The translations under genes were made by a program, and so were the position numbers. 64,000 nt of DNA from Patescibacteria group bacterium. Lineage in GTDB: Bacteria; Patescibacteriota; Microgenomatia; UBA1400; PJMF01. The notes under the pieces are model-generated. The model ran no database searches, had not been told where the DNA came from, and saw only the letters and a list, made by a program, of their open reading frames with translations. Positions 12,015-22,236 of the stretch are shown one piece after another. Numbering within the stretch: the first letter of the stretch is position 1; each line of letters starts with the position of its first letter. Location: NCBI GenBank assembly GCA_016861205.1, contig BOKX01000001.1:136539-200538 (forward strand). The letters are read 5' to 3'.

Positions 12015-12096
12015 GCCCAGGTGGTGAAACTGGTATACACGTACGCTTGAGGTGCGTATGGCGCAAGCCGTGGAGGTTCAAGTCCTCTCCTGGGCA
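12015..12096 (+). tRNA. tRNA-Leu(GAG)
   Basis: GCCCAGG...TACGC-TT-GAG-GT-GCGTA...GTTCAAGTC...CCTGGGCA. Confidence 0.95.
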
Positions 12097-12201
12097 CACT
12101 ACACACGCTTTTTTTCTTTTCATAGTAATCATCTCCTGTTCCAGTCAAAAAAGGCTAAAGGGTGGGCATACTCTTGTTTTGGCTGTAGAATTTAATGCAT
12201 C

Positions 12202-13926
12202 ATGCAACGCACATCAGGTTTGGTATCAACATTGCAATCGCATCTTTGGTGGGTGGTGATTCTTTTCGCTGCGATCATCTTGAGAGTGTATAACTTGCCG
12301 AGCTTGCCGGCCGGTTTTCACAATGATGAAGCCTCTTTTTTCTACAATGCCTTAGCTATCAAAAATACCGGTTTTGATGAGGATGGCCAACGTTGGCCGC
12401 TGTTTCTACATTCCTACATTGATCCAAAACCGGCGTTGTTCTCATACTTACAGATTCCATTCGTAGCTGCATTTGGACCAACTGTCTGGGCTGCTCGTTT
12501 GCCGAGTGTGGCGTTGGGAGTGATTTCACTGGTGCTGCTTTACCGAGTGCTGTTGAACTATGAAGTGCCAAGTCGACGGGCTAAGATTGTCATTGGGTTA
12601 CTCACAATTTCTCCCTGGCACATCATGATTTCGCGGGCGACGCAAGAAGTGGTGTTGTCGTTTGCGCTGGGGCTGGCGAGTTTGTTGGCACTGCAACTGG
12701 CATTAAAAGCCAGCGGCCAAAAATCAACGTCCATGATGAAATTAGTTGGTTATCTGGTCACGTATGCCCTCTTGGCTGCCCTGGCTATGTACAGTTACCA
12801 CAGCCTCAAGATAGTGTTGCCAGTGTTAACTTTCTTGACGATTATGTTGCGACAGTTCGCAGTTCCCAAGCAAAGTTGGGGATTTGGACTCGGTATATTG
12901 CTGGTTATAGCCAGTTTGGCGGGATTAGTGACATTAGTGGGCACGGCCGGACTCGATAGATTTAGAGATATCAGTATTTTTGCCAAAGGTGACATGTATC
13001 TGATCATGAACGAGCAGATCATGACCGCCACTGGTCATGCCCCGCCCCTCGTGATCAGATTTTTTCATAATAAAGCCGTCAACACAGTCTTGGGTTTGGC
13101 TCAAAACTATGTCACGCACTTCAATCTAGAGTTCCTGTTTTTGCGGGGAGGTGAACCAACTCGGTATGTAGTACCTTTCCACGGGCTACTGTTTCACATT
13201 GAGTTGGTGCTGGTTGTCATCGGTTTACTTGTTGCCTTTCAAAAACCAAGTTTGATTAGCCCAAGTGGTAGACTGGCTTGGTTATTTTTGGGCTGGTGGT
13301 TAGTCTCGCCTGTTCCAGCCATGCTTACCACCCAAGAAGTCCCCAGCACCATTCGCAGCTTTTGGATGGTAGTTCCGTTGGTCTTTTTTGTGGCCACGGC
13401 CATCGAATGGGGCGTCACACACTCGGCTCGCTGGGTTCGGTTGGCAGCCTTCACCACCTTAGTACTCGGGTACGGTTGGGGGGTCAGTTACTTTTGGCAT
13501 CAGTTAACAGTTTTTCAACCACTTTACCACCCGTGGAATCGTAACTTGGCTGATACCGCTATGGCCGAGGTCTTGAAAACGAGGTACACCGAGTATGAAA
13601 CAGTGATGATTGGCAGATTTACTGGCCAACCTTATGTTTACTTGGCTTTGGCAGGTCTAATTCCCGAACAGACGCTTCAAAGCAGTTATCCGGCACGTAT
13701 GCAACCGGACTTTCAACTTGGTCGCTATTATTTCTCAGCTGATAGTTGTCCATTAGAGAAGAAACCAGGAGTGTTGTTTGTAATTCGAGAGAACTGTCCA
13801 CATCCATCGTACTATCGGGTGCTTGAGGAAGCGAACTACGCTGACGGCAATGATGGGTACTCGTTTGTGGTCTACGAACCAAGTTTAGATCTGGAATTCG
13901 CAACGCCTAGTGCCGTTACTCGCTAA
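12202..13926 (+). CDS. GT-C fold glycosyltransferase (ArnT/PMT, GT39-like)
   Basis: LRVYNL...FHNDEA, KPALFSY, ARLPS, SPWHI; many TM helices. Confidence 0.85.
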   Translation: MQRTSGLVSTLQSHLWWVVILFAAIILRVYNLPSLPAGFHNDEASFFYNALAIKNTGFDEDGQRWPLFLHSYIDPKPALFSYLQIPFVAAFGPTVWAARLPSVALGVISLVLLYRVLLNYEVPSRRAKIVIGLLTISPWHIMISRATQEVVLSFALGLASLLALQLALKASGQKSTSMMKLVGYLVTYALLAALAMYSYHSLKIVLPVLTFLTIMLRQFAVPKQSWGFGLGILLVIASLAGLVTLVGTAGLDRFRDISIFAKGDMYLIMNEQIMTATGHAPPLVIRFFHNKAVNTVLGLAQNYVTHFNLEFLFLRGGEPTRYVVPFHGLLFHIELVLVVIGLLVAFQKPSLISPSGRLAWLFLGWWLVSPVPAMLTTQEVPSTIRSFWMVVPLVFFVATAIEWGVTHSARWVRLAAFTTLVLGYGWGVSYFWHQLTVFQPLYHPWNRNLADTAMAEVLKTRYTEYETVMIGRFTGQPYVYLALAGLIPEQTLQSSYPARMQPDFQLGRYYFSADSCPLEKKPGVLFVIRENCPHPSYYRVLEEANYADGNDGYSFVVYEPSLDLEFATPSAVTR

Positions 13927-13992
13927 CTCAGCAAGCACCTTATCTGGTGGGGATTGGTATAAGTTGGAGAGCTTGGTACAATAAGCCCGCAC

Positions 13993-14067
13993 GGCCGTTT
14001 AGTCTCAGTTGGTTAGAGCGTCCGGTTTACATCCGGAAGGTCGCAGGTTCGAGCCCTGCAACGGCCA
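13993..14067 (+). tRNA. tRNA-Val(TAC)
   Basis: GGCCGTT...TCCGG-TT-TAC-AT-CCGGA...GTTCGAGCC...AACGGCCA; extra T in the D-stem. Confidence 0.9.
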
Positions 14068-14068
14068 C

Positions 14069-14395
14069 TCACATTTGTGGTTCATCACTTGATGACTGAA
14101 GAAGGGCAAACTCAATTGTTTCATCATTCCAGCCTTGTTGCTGAGCAATCTCAATCAGGGCGCACATGTCACAAATAGCGCTGAACGCCATCAGCTGATT
14201 GTTGGCGGCAAAGAAAACATCCGCCATCAGTCGAGTGGCGGTTAACATTTCAAGGGGCTCATCGCTGACACCCCTCTCAATTAAATTTGCTTTAGCCAGA
14301 GGAATTGAATTGATTACAACTGCGTCAAACTTTTCTGTTGCCTCATCAGTTTCACCACCATGTAGTAACACTAACCATTCTGCAGAACTGCGCAT
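14069..14395 (-). CDS. Hypothetical protein
   Basis: 108-aa ORF filling the gap downstream of the nuclease gene. Confidence 0.55.
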   Translation of the reverse strand: MRSSAEWLVLLHGGETDEATEKFDAVVINSIPLAKANLIERGVSDEPLEMLTATRLMADVFFAANNQLMAFSAICDMCALIEIAQQQGWNDETIEFALLQSSSDEPQM

Positions 14396-14414
14396 AGCAC
14401 TCCAGTTTTAACTA

Positions 14415-15017
14415 TTATTGTGGGCAAACACCAGGTTGCCACAAGCCGGATTGTAACTGCTGTGCGCGGCTTTGGGCAAGTAAATATTCAGCCCGGTAGC
14501 GATGGGGTGTATCGCTGTACAAAGCCTCTTGGGCGAGGCCTTCTTCTAGTAGTTGCTGGCCGACGTCGGTGCCGTCAGGCAAAAAAACAAATCTGAGCCA
14601 CCGACCGTACCGATCTTGGTCAGCCTGAGTAGGGTCGGTTTCCAGGCCAACTTCAGTGCCAGTTAACAGCTGCTTTAATCGATCAGAAGCGGCCTGGCCC
14701 ATGCACTCAACCGGCTTTCGAGGGTCAACGGTTTCAGGCGTGTTGATTCCGACCAGGCGAACTGTCTTGAGCTGGCCGCCGACTCGAACCTTGATCGTGT
14801 CACCGTCCACCACTTTCTCAACGATGTACGTTTTTGATGAGGTAGTCGCGGTAAGCGAGGTAGTTAGCTGGGTTGTGCCAGCAAGAACTTGAGGCAAAGG
14901 CGTAGCTGTTGGTGCAGTGGTGGTTGGTACCGATGATGAAGAAGACGTGGTGTTTTGCCAAATAGTCCACATCACCAAGATCAAAACTGCTAGGCCACTT
15001 AATGACTTTCGTGTCAT
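14415..15017 (-). CDS. Membrane-anchored thermonuclease (SNase family)
   Basis: VVDGDTI, VRLVGINTPE, DRYGRWL; N-terminal TM plus S/T linker. Confidence 0.92.
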   Translation of the reverse strand: MTRKSLSGLAVLILVMWTIWQNTTSSSSSVPTTTAPTATPLPQVLAGTTQLTTSLTATTSSKTYIVEKVVDGDTIKVRVGGQLKTVRLVGINTPETVDPRKPVECMGQAASDRLKQLLTGTEVGLETDPTQADQDRYGRWLRFVFLPDGTDVGQQLLEEGLAQEALYSDTPHRYRAEYLLAQSRAQQLQSGLWQPGVCPQ

Positions 15018-15064
15018 ATCCTGAGTATAGAGCCTATTTCAAACCTAGGCTATAATTCCCGCTA

Positions 15065-15937
15065 ATGCAGTCAAACGTCTTGGTCAGTATTATCGGTGGT
15101 TTAGGTGGCATGTTTGGCTGGGGCGTATCAGATTTTTTGGCTAATTTAGCTGCTGATAAAGTTGGTCACAACAAGACGTTATTTTGGTCACAAGTGGCTG
15201 GGCTTGTGACATTAGGTCTGGGATTGTGGTTGGTGGCACCCACCCTGGCCCTGTCCCCTTTTTTGATTTCGCTCGTAGTTTTTTGCGGCTTAGCGTACAC
15301 GTTCGGCTACTTGTTTTTTTATCGAGGTTTTGAAGTTGGAAATGTGTCAGTAGTGTCGGCTGTGATCAACAGTCAGAACCTGTTTGTTGTTGCGATCGGT
15401 TTGCTCCGCGGTCAGACACTGTCGCCCTTCCAAGTGGTAGCATTAGTCTTACTGTTCTTGGGTGTTTTCTTGGTGTCTGTCAATCTACCCGAACTGATGT
15501 CGGGTAAAATTTCTTTAACTAAAGGAGTTAAAGAAACCATAATTGCCTCGGTTCTGTTTGGCGTCTTTTATTGGCCATTGAACGAGTTCATTGTTGAGCA
15601 AGCTAACTGGTTGCTGATCGCTGCTTTGACCAAGGTGGTGGCTCTAGCCACACTGAGCTTTGTGTCACTGTGGCAACGAAAATCATTGGCAGTAGCCAAG
15701 TCTACCCCGAAAATGATGGCGTTACTGATTGGCGTGGGAGTACTGGAAGCCGTTGGTGTCATGGGGGCAAACTTTGGTGTGGCGTATGGTGATGGTGTCA
15801 TCGTCGCCCCAATTGCGTCATCTTTGACGATTGTAACTGTTGGCTTAGCGATGATTTTTCTGAAAGAACGGATTTCTCGAGTGCAAGTGGTGGGGATTGG
15901 ATTGACCATTGTGGGCATTGTGCTGGCAGCGTTTTAG
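15065..15937 (+). CDS. EamA/DMT family transporter
   Basis: ~10 TM helices, two EamA repeats, FLKERIS. Confidence 0.88.
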   Translation: MQSNVLVSIIGGLGGMFGWGVSDFLANLAADKVGHNKTLFWSQVAGLVTLGLGLWLVAPTLALSPFLISLVVFCGLAYTFGYLFFYRGFEVGNVSVVSAVINSQNLFVVAIGLLRGQTLSPFQVVALVLLFLGVFLVSVNLPELMSGKISLTKGVKETIIASVLFGVFYWPLNEFIVEQANWLLIAALTKVVALATLSFVSLWQRKSLAVAKSTPKMMALLIGVGVLEAVGVMGANFGVAYGDGVIVAPIASSLTIVTVGLAMIFLKERISRVQVVGIGLTIVGIVLAAF

Positions 15938-15999
15938 CACCAGCCACGCTTGTTGCCAGAAAAGATAGCTGTGGTTAAGTGATCAGGTATAATACCAGA

Positions 16000-16839
16000 G
16001 TGAGTAACTCACGATTTGTAGAACAATACGCTCTTTTGCATCGTGAACATCACGAGACTTTTTTTTGCACCTTTGCCCAGCAACAACCTCACAGCGCCGA
16101 GATACACATTACAGAAGCCCAAGAAGTAGATACTACCCGGTTTCCAGAGCTGACTTTACCTCTTGAGTTGGAGACCGAGTTGATGTCACTAGTTGGGAGT
16201 GGAAGTGCTCGGCGTGAGAACGTGGTCAAAGAACAGATCGCAGCCATGTTGCTTAGTTTCTTGCAGTCGCAACCCTTAGAAAATGCACAGCTGAGAAATG
16301 CGCTTCAAAATATCTCGCAAGTTGCCACTCGTTGTACCACCACCATATCTGATAGTCACTATGCAGGGATTAATTTTGAGGAAATGAGTGAACATGAACC
16401 ATCAGTGATTCACTTTAAAACCCATCCCGCCATTGTCCGGAACTTATCTCGTTTTGGGACAGAAGGTGGAGCTCAACAGGCATATCTTTTTCTGTCAACA
16501 CATGTACCACACATTCCGATTCACTACTGTCTCGGTAATATTCCATTTCTGCCAAGGCACATCTATATCTCTCTTTACGATCAAGCTAAATTAGATCAAT
16601 ATGTCGGGGCTGGTCAGTTGCGACACTCGAGGCGTAACGGTTACCTGTACTCTATTACTGATTCTGCAGCTATGAAAGATAGTTGGATTGGCACAGTGGT
16701 GTTGGTCAACCCCAGTGTGTCACCACTGAAAGAAGCAGCGCAAATATATGAATGGAATCAGCTTTTTTTAGCAACTCAAGTGCCGGCGTTCCACCAGCAA
16801 GTCTTAGGCGACCTAATTGTCAGTAATCAGGTTGTGTAG
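16000..16839 (+). CDS. Hypothetical protein
   Basis: Long ORF; GTG start after TATAAT. Confidence 0.65.
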   Translation: MSNSRFVEQYALLHREHHETFFCTFAQQQPHSAEIHITEAQEVDTTRFPELTLPLELETELMSLVGSGSARRENVVKEQIAAMLLSFLQSQPLENAQLRNALQNISQVATRCTTTISDSHYAGINFEEMSEHEPSVIHFKTHPAIVRNLSRFGTEGGAQQAYLFLSTHVPHIPIHYCLGNIPFLPRHIYISLYDQAKLDQYVGAGQLRHSRRNGYLYSITDSAAMKDSWIGTVVLVNPSVSPLKEAAQIYEWNQLFLATQVPAFHQQVLGDLIVSNQVV

Positions 16840-16973
16840 GCTTAGTTCACACATTTACTATCGAGATAGCGAAATTTTCCCGCTCCAAAACCTGTATTTT
16901 CTGGGTATAATAGGGATCTGTATTTTTAGTGTCGCCCGCAATTTTCTTGAGGAGAAGGGTGTGTGACCTACAA

Positions 16974-17046
16974 GCCAAGCTAGCCAAGGTGGTCACGGCG
17001 CGTGTCTGAAAAACACGAGATTGAGGTTCGACTCCTCAGCTTGGCA
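16974..17046 (+). tRNA. tRNA-Phe(GAA)
   Basis: GCCAAGC...CGTGT-CT-GAA-AA-ACACG...GTTCGACTC...GCTTGGCA. Confidence 0.93.
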
Positions 17047-17070
17047 CAGACTTGATATAATAGCCAGGTT

Positions 17071-17144
17071 GCGAGAATAGCTCAGTTGGCTAGAGCGTCT
17101 CCTTGCCAAGGAGAAGGTCGCGGGTTCGAGTCCCGTTTCTCGCT
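17071..17144 (+). tRNA. tRNA-Gly(GCC)
   Basis: GCGAGAA...TCTCC-TT-GCC-AA-GGAGA...GTTCGAGTC...TTCTCGCT. Confidence 0.95.
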
Positions 17145-17147
17145 CAG

Positions 17148-17450
17148 ATGCAGAAGCCGAAAGGTACCCTCAAGATCTGCAGCCGAGGTCATCGCTTTTA
17201 CAAAAGCAGTGACTGCCCAGTTTGTCCCCAGTGTTGGTCAGGTTACTATCGCACCAAAAACCAAAGTGATTTCCCGCCCAAGTTAGCCGCGCCGGCTTTG
17301 CGAGCCTTAGCCAACGCGAAACTAGCTAACTTGCGTGCCTTGACTAAGTTGACCGAGGCTGAGCTAGCTGCCTTGCATGGCATAGGCCCGCGTGCTATGG
17401 TTTTACTGAAACAAGCCCTCAAAGCCAAAAAACTACAGCTCAAGAAATAA
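17148..17450 (+). CDS. Small Zn-ribbon plus RNAP alpha-CTD-like (HhH) DNA-binding protein
   Basis: CSRGH..CPVCPQC followed by LAAPALRAL...ELAALHGIGPRA. Confidence 0.75.
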   Translation: MQKPKGTLKICSRGHRFYKSSDCPVCPQCWSGYYRTKNQSDFPPKLAAPALRALANAKLANLRALTKLTEAELAALHGIGPRAMVLLKQALKAKKLQLKK

Positions 17451-17463
17451 TGAGGATCAACGT

Positions 17464-17910
17464 ATGATTCAAACCATTGGTGAAAACGCGATTGATAATG
17501 AATCGAAGGTTGTCGATAGGAAAGCCAATGCCACCAAGAAAATGGCGATGTGGGTGGCCAGTTTTGTTAAAAATGGCACGAAACCAGTCTTTCCACCCTT
17601 TGGTGGCGCACTGGAGGTAAATCCGCTGCTTCAGCAGTACGCAAAAAAACTGTATGGGGCCGACGTGGACAATGCCTTTTTGTCCCCGTTAGCAAGTACT
17701 GTTGAGGCGATGGCCCGCTATACAGCAGCTGCTCAGCGAGGCGCATCAGAGACTGAGCTGGCTCAACTTGGCCAAGTGTTTGAAGAAAACTGGAATAATT
17801 TCTTGCATGATCGACAGAACTTTAAAGATAAGTATGGGTTTGATGAAGATGAGTTCTTGCCCGCCTTAGCTGAGTCAGTCGAGATGATTTTCAAAGATGA
17901 TCGAAACTAA
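17464..17910 (+). CDS. Hypothetical protein
   Basis: 148-aa ORF in operon-like run. Confidence 0.6.
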   Translation: MIQTIGENAIDNESKVVDRKANATKKMAMWVASFVKNGTKPVFPPFGGALEVNPLLQQYAKKLYGADVDNAFLSPLASTVEAMARYTAAAQRGASETELAQLGQVFEENWNNFLHDRQNFKDKYGFDEDEFLPALAESVEMIFKDDRN

Positions 17911-18601
17911 ACCAAGGCCGCCAGTGATCAAAAGTGTTATTGTAGTCGGGGCCTCGAGTGGTTTGGGTAAAGCAGTGGCAGAACAGCTCGCAACACAGGG
18001 GACCACAGTTTTTGCTCTGGCCCGCCACATTGAAGACACAACCATGCCACCGGGAGTGGTGAAAATTACCTGCAACATCCGTGATCTTGAAAGCATTGAC
18101 GCCACTTTTTCCAAGATTGATCAACAGACCGGGCAAATCGATGCCCTGATTAACTGTGCTGGTCGGGGTCTAGTTAAGCCTTTTGAGGACGTGACACGGG
18201 ATGAAATTATGGATGTCTTGGGCATTAATCTTAAAGGCAATATATATATGGCACTTGAAGCGTACAAACGGATGTTGCCCTTCAAAGCTGGTCAGATAGT
18301 TAACGTTGGTTCAACCTCGAGTCTCAAGGCCAGAGAGCTAGAGACAATCTACTGTGCGAGTAAATGGGGGCTCCGAGGTTTTACCGAGAGTTTGCGGTTG
18401 GCTGCTCAGCCACACGGCATTCGCGTTATCGGTGTCTACCCAGGTGGTATGAAGTCAGACCACTTTTGGCAAGTTGTCCCGGGCAAGGATTTGAGCGGAT
18501 ATCTGGAGCCAACCTTAGTTGCCAAACAGCTTATCCAAGTGTTGCAGAGTGATCTCAGTTTGGCTCCAGCGGAGCTAGTCCTTGAACGCGGGCAGAACTA
18601 A
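17897..18601 (+). CDS. SDR family oxidoreductase
   Basis: GASSGLG, NCAG, YCASK. Confidence 0.92.
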   Translation: MIETKPRPPVIKSVIVVGASSGLGKAVAEQLATQGTTVFALARHIEDTTMPPGVVKITCNIRDLESIDATFSKIDQQTGQIDALINCAGRGLVKPFEDVTRDEIMDVLGINLKGNIYMALEAYKRMLPFKAGQIVNVGSTSSLKARELETIYCASKWGLRGFTESLRLAAQPHGIRVIGVYPGGMKSDHFWQVVPGKDLSGYLEPTLVAKQLIQVLQSDLSLAPAELVLERGQN

Positions 18602-19204
18602 ACTTTTCCACAAAATCCGGGCGGCGTAGGTGCGGTACGGAGCCCAACTGGCGCTGATATGCAGCAATTTTTCTGGTGTACTTGATGCGAGTTGGTACCA
18701 TCGCTCGATGGCTTTGCGTAGGCCAAGATCGCCGGTTGAGAAAACATCGGCTCGACCCAAGCCAAACATTAAGAACATCTCAGCCGTCCAGCGACCGATG
18801 CCTTTGACTTGGGTGAGTTGGCGAATGATTTCTTCATTAGCCAGCTCTGGGAAACTTGCGAGTGGTAGCTGGCCAGAATTGACGGCTTCAGCAAAATTTT
18901 TCAGGTACTTAATTTTTGACCAAGAGGGGCCGGTGGCCCGAATGTGGTCATCGGCTAGATCGAGGACTGCTTGAGGTGTAACCTTCTGGTCAGGGAACAA
19001 GGCGACAAACCGGTTCCAGATCGTGCGGGCGGCTTTATCAGAAAGTTGTTGACCAACAATGGCCTCACAAATATCGACAAATAACTCATCGGTTGGTCGA
19101 CCCTTCACCACGATCTCCCCCTGCCCGGCTTGATCAAGCTGTTGCCAAACTTGGTGCAGAACTGGGTCAACTTTAGCAAAATGGGTAAGTATCTTGGGCT
19201 GCAT
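18575..19204 (-). CDS. alkA: DNA-3-methyladenine glycosylase II
   Basis: IVGQQLS, HhH LTQVKGIGRWTAEM, GDLGL, WAPYR. Confidence 0.9.
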   Translation of the reverse strand: MQPKILTHFAKVDPVLHQVWQQLDQAGQGEIVVKGRPTDELFVDICEAIVGQQLSDKAARTIWNRFVALFPDQKVTPQAVLDLADDHIRATGPSWSKIKYLKNFAEAVNSGQLPLASFPELANEEIIRQLTQVKGIGRWTAEMFLMFGLGRADVFSTGDLGLRKAIERWYQLASSTPEKLLHISASWAPYRTYAARILWKSLVLPAFKD

Positions 19205-19221
19205 GTTGGTAGAATACCACA

Positions 19222-20175
19222 GTGTTACCTGCTTGGCTCGAGCTACCACCTCAATTACAGACCAGAATGGCGGCGTTGTATCCACCAGATGAGCTTGACC
19301 AAATCCAGCTGGCTTGGCAAACTGGTCGGCCGAGTACTTTTCGGGTGAACACCCTCAAAGCTACGGCTGACGAAGTTAGTCAGCAGCTGAGGGCTGATGG
19401 CTTTGAGTTGGAGTCTGTGCCATGGTTGCCTGAGGCATTTATCCTGCGATCTCGCACGCTCGGTGAACTGACAGAGCATCCTCTTTATATGTCAGGTCAG
19501 ATTTATGTTCAAGGTTTATCAAGTATGGTGCCGGCACTGGTGCTTGATCCTCAACCGGAAGAACAAGTTTTGGATGTGGCTGCCGCTCCCGGGAGCAAGA
19601 CCACCCAAATGGCTGCCCAGATGCGCAATCAAGGGACAATTATTGCTAACGACACCAGTCGGGTGCGCCTGTATAAGTTGGCCGCCAACTTAAAGATGCA
19701 AGGCGTCGAGATCGTGACCACCATGCACTCACCTGGCGAATTGCTATGGCAAAAATTAGTTCCCGTGTTTGATAAAGCACTCGTGGATGTGCCATGCAGC
19801 ATGGAAGGTCGCATTCGTCTCGATCGCTTCAAAACCTACCAAAACTGGTCGCTTAAGAAAATCAAAGAGTTGGCTCACCGGCAGCGAGCTCTTCTCCACT
19901 CAGCCATTTCCTTGACCAAACCAGGCGGCGTCGTTGTGTACTCAACCTGTACCCTGGCCCCAGAGGAAAATGAGGGCGTGATTGACTGGGCCGTAACGAA
20001 GCTGGCTGGCCAAGTTGCTCTCGAACCAATAGCGATTCCCGACGTAACTTTGCAACCGGCTGTGACTGAGTGGGAAGGTCGGACCTACCGACCAGAGGTC
20101 AACCTGTGTGGCCGCGTCCGACCAACCGAGACTATGGAAGGTTTTTTCGTGGCTAAATTGCGTAAACTTGTGTAG
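19222..20175 (+). CDS. RsmB/RsmF/NOP2 family RNA m5C methyltransferase
   Basis: LDVAAAPGSKT, DVPCS, YSTCTLAPEENE. Confidence 0.92.
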   Translation: MLPAWLELPPQLQTRMAALYPPDELDQIQLAWQTGRPSTFRVNTLKATADEVSQQLRADGFELESVPWLPEAFILRSRTLGELTEHPLYMSGQIYVQGLSSMVPALVLDPQPEEQVLDVAAAPGSKTTQMAAQMRNQGTIIANDTSRVRLYKLAANLKMQGVEIVTTMHSPGELLWQKLVPVFDKALVDVPCSMEGRIRLDRFKTYQNWSLKKIKELAHRQRALLHSAISLTKPGGVVVYSTCTLAPEENEGVIDWAVTKLAGQVALEPIAIPDVTLQPAVTEWEGRTYRPEVNLCGRVRPTETMEGFFVAKLRKLV

Positions 20176-20205
20176 CAACGCTGCTGTCCAGTATACTGAT
20201 AGGTA

Positions 20206-21471
20206 ATGCCTCGTCGCACCTTCTATCGGCCATCAGCGCCGATCCTAGTTATTATCATCGGTACAGTGTTTTTAGTTCTAGCTACCTATGGGTGGTGGTG
20301 GTTGCGATCGTATCTGGTGCTCGATGGGTCTCAGATTGAGCCAGGTAAATTGGTCATAGTCAACCAGCTGGTCCCGACGAGTACTCCCTCTGCGTCACCA
20401 AACTCTAGGCGTCGCCAACCCAGCCCTTCACCACTTGATATGTCAACCGATTTTCGGCTCGAAGTAGTGGCAGAGAACCTCGAGGTTCCTTGGCGGGTGG
20501 TATTTACTTCTCCAACTCGCATGTTAGTGACTGAGCGAGCAGGTCGAGTCAGAGTTGTTGAGAATGGTCAACTCAAACCCGACCCAGTGGCAACCTTTCA
20601 AGTTTCAAACAACTCAGAAGAAGGTCTGATGGGTTTGGTTTTAGACCCGGCGTACGCCAATAATCAATTGCTCTATGTTTGTTATGCCTATGAAGTTGGC
20701 AAGGAACTCCGAGATCGCGTGGTCAGACTACAAGATAAAGGTGATCGTTTGGAAGTCATTGGCACAATTCTTGATGACATCCCAGCTGCTAAGTACCACG
20801 CGGGGTGTGACCTGAGCTTCGGTCCTGATGGCAAGCTGTACATCAGTACTGGCGATGCGACCCGTAAAGACCAAGCCCAAGAAAAGGCCAGCTTAGGAGG
20901 CAAGATTTTACGAGTCAACAGCAACGGCACGGTTCCCACTGACAATCCGGTGGCGGGTTCGCCGATTTATAGCCTAGGTCATCGCAACCCCCAAGGTTTG
21001 AGTTGGCACCCGATCACCAAACAGTTGTGGTCAACTGAGCACGGCCCGTCAGGTAATGATGGTCCTGGTGGTGGTGATGAGGTGAACGCGATTGTTGCTG
21101 GGGGTAATTACGGTTGGCCGCTTGTGTCACATCAGCGGTCGCAGCCAGGTTTGATCTCTCCACTGTTAGTTTTCACCCCTGCAGTGGCACCTGCGTCAGC
21201 ACACTTTTATAGTGGCCAGGTTTTTCCAGCTTGGAAAAACAACCTATTCTTCGGTGCTTTGCGTGGCGAAGGTTTATTCAGAGTGGTGGTGAGCGAGTCA
21301 CAACCAGCAACCGTTTTAAGTTTTGAGAAACTGCCTAATATTGATGTCGGTCGAGTTCGAGCCGTGACCGAAGGACCGGATGGAGTCTTGTACTTTACCA
21401 CCAGCAACCGAGATGGTCGTGGGAAGGTAAAAGATGGAGATGACAAGATTTATCGGCTAGTCAGAAAGTAA
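20206..21471 (+). CDS. PQQ-dependent sugar dehydrogenase (GSDH beta-propeller), membrane-anchored
   Basis: FGPDGKLYISTGD, GHRNPQG, TEHGP, GGNYGWP. Confidence 0.9.
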   Translation: MPRRTFYRPSAPILVIIIGTVFLVLATYGWWWLRSYLVLDGSQIEPGKLVIVNQLVPTSTPSASPNSRRRQPSPSPLDMSTDFRLEVVAENLEVPWRVVFTSPTRMLVTERAGRVRVVENGQLKPDPVATFQVSNNSEEGLMGLVLDPAYANNQLLYVCYAYEVGKELRDRVVRLQDKGDRLEVIGTILDDIPAAKYHAGCDLSFGPDGKLYISTGDATRKDQAQEKASLGGKILRVNSNGTVPTDNPVAGSPIYSLGHRNPQGLSWHPITKQLWSTEHGPSGNDGPGGGDEVNAIVAGGNYGWPLVSHQRSQPGLISPLLVFTPAVAPASAHFYSGQVFPAWKNNLFFGALRGEGLFRVVVSESQPATVLSFEKLPNIDVGRVRAVTEGPDGVLYFTTSNRDGRGKVKDGDDKIYRLVRK

Positions 21472-21474
21472 TTT

Positions 21475-22236
21475 ATGTTGTGGCCAATTGTTGCCTTAGC
21501 CAGTTTATTTCACCTAGCCTTTGGGTTGGCTGTCTGGCGACGTAACAACGGCTTAGCTGATGTGTTTTGGGGGTTGGGATTTATTACCGTTGCTATAACA
21601 GCCACGCTGGTGAGTGGTTCAACTTCTGTTCGAACTTGGCTCGTGTTACTGCTCGTGGTTTGCTGGGGAGTTAGGTTGGCTGTGCACATTGGCCGTCGTA
21701 ACTGGGGCAAAGGTGAAGATTATCGCTATCGGGAGTGGCGTGAACAGTGGGGGCGGTGGTGGCTACTCAGAACGTATCTGCAAGTGTTTGTACTGCAAGG
21801 CTGCTTGCTGGTGGCAATCGCCTTGCCGCTGTGGTGGTTACCTTTTCAGACTAGTGGCCAACTTGGCATTTGGGATGTGGTGGGTGCCATGATTTGGTTA
21901 GTGGGCTTCGGATTTGAAGCCGTAGGCGATTGGCAGCTGACCCAGTTCAAGAAGAACCCGGCCAACAAAGGCCAATTAATGACCGCTGGTTTGTGGAGAT
22001 ACACGCGTCATCCCAACTACTTTGGTGAGGCAACGATGTGGTGGGGTATCGCAGTGATTGCGTGGTCAGGTGGATTGGGTGTCTGGAGTTTAGTTAGTCC
22101 AGTCACGATCACTTGGCTGCTGACACAGGTGTCCGGCATTCCATTACTGGAAAAAAAGTATCTCGGTCGACCTGACTTTGAACGCTACCGGCAACAAACA
22201 AGTGCGTTTATCCCCTGGTTTCCTAAACAGCTCTAG
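21475..22236 (+). CDS. DUF1295 (steroid 5-alpha reductase-like) membrane protein
   Basis: EDYRY, GLWRYTRHPNYFGE. Confidence 0.9.
   Translation: MLWPIVALASLFHLAFGLAVWRRNNGLADVFWGLGFITVAITATLVSGSTSVRTWLVLLLVVCWGVRLAVHIGRRNWGKGEDYRYREWREQWGRWWLLRTYLQVFVLQGCLLVAIALPLWWLPFQTSGQLGIWDVVGAMIWLVGFGFEAVGDWQLTQFKKNPANKGQLMTAGLWRYTRHPNYFGEATMWWGIAVIAWSGGLGVWSLVSPVTITWLLTQVSGIPLLEKKYLGRPDFERYRQQTSAFIPWFPKQL

Noticed and set aside
11755-12259. ORFs overlapping the tRNA-Leu genes (also N-terminal extensions at 17103, 27772, 38611, 49310)
   Set aside because: They are spurious translations of tRNA sequence.
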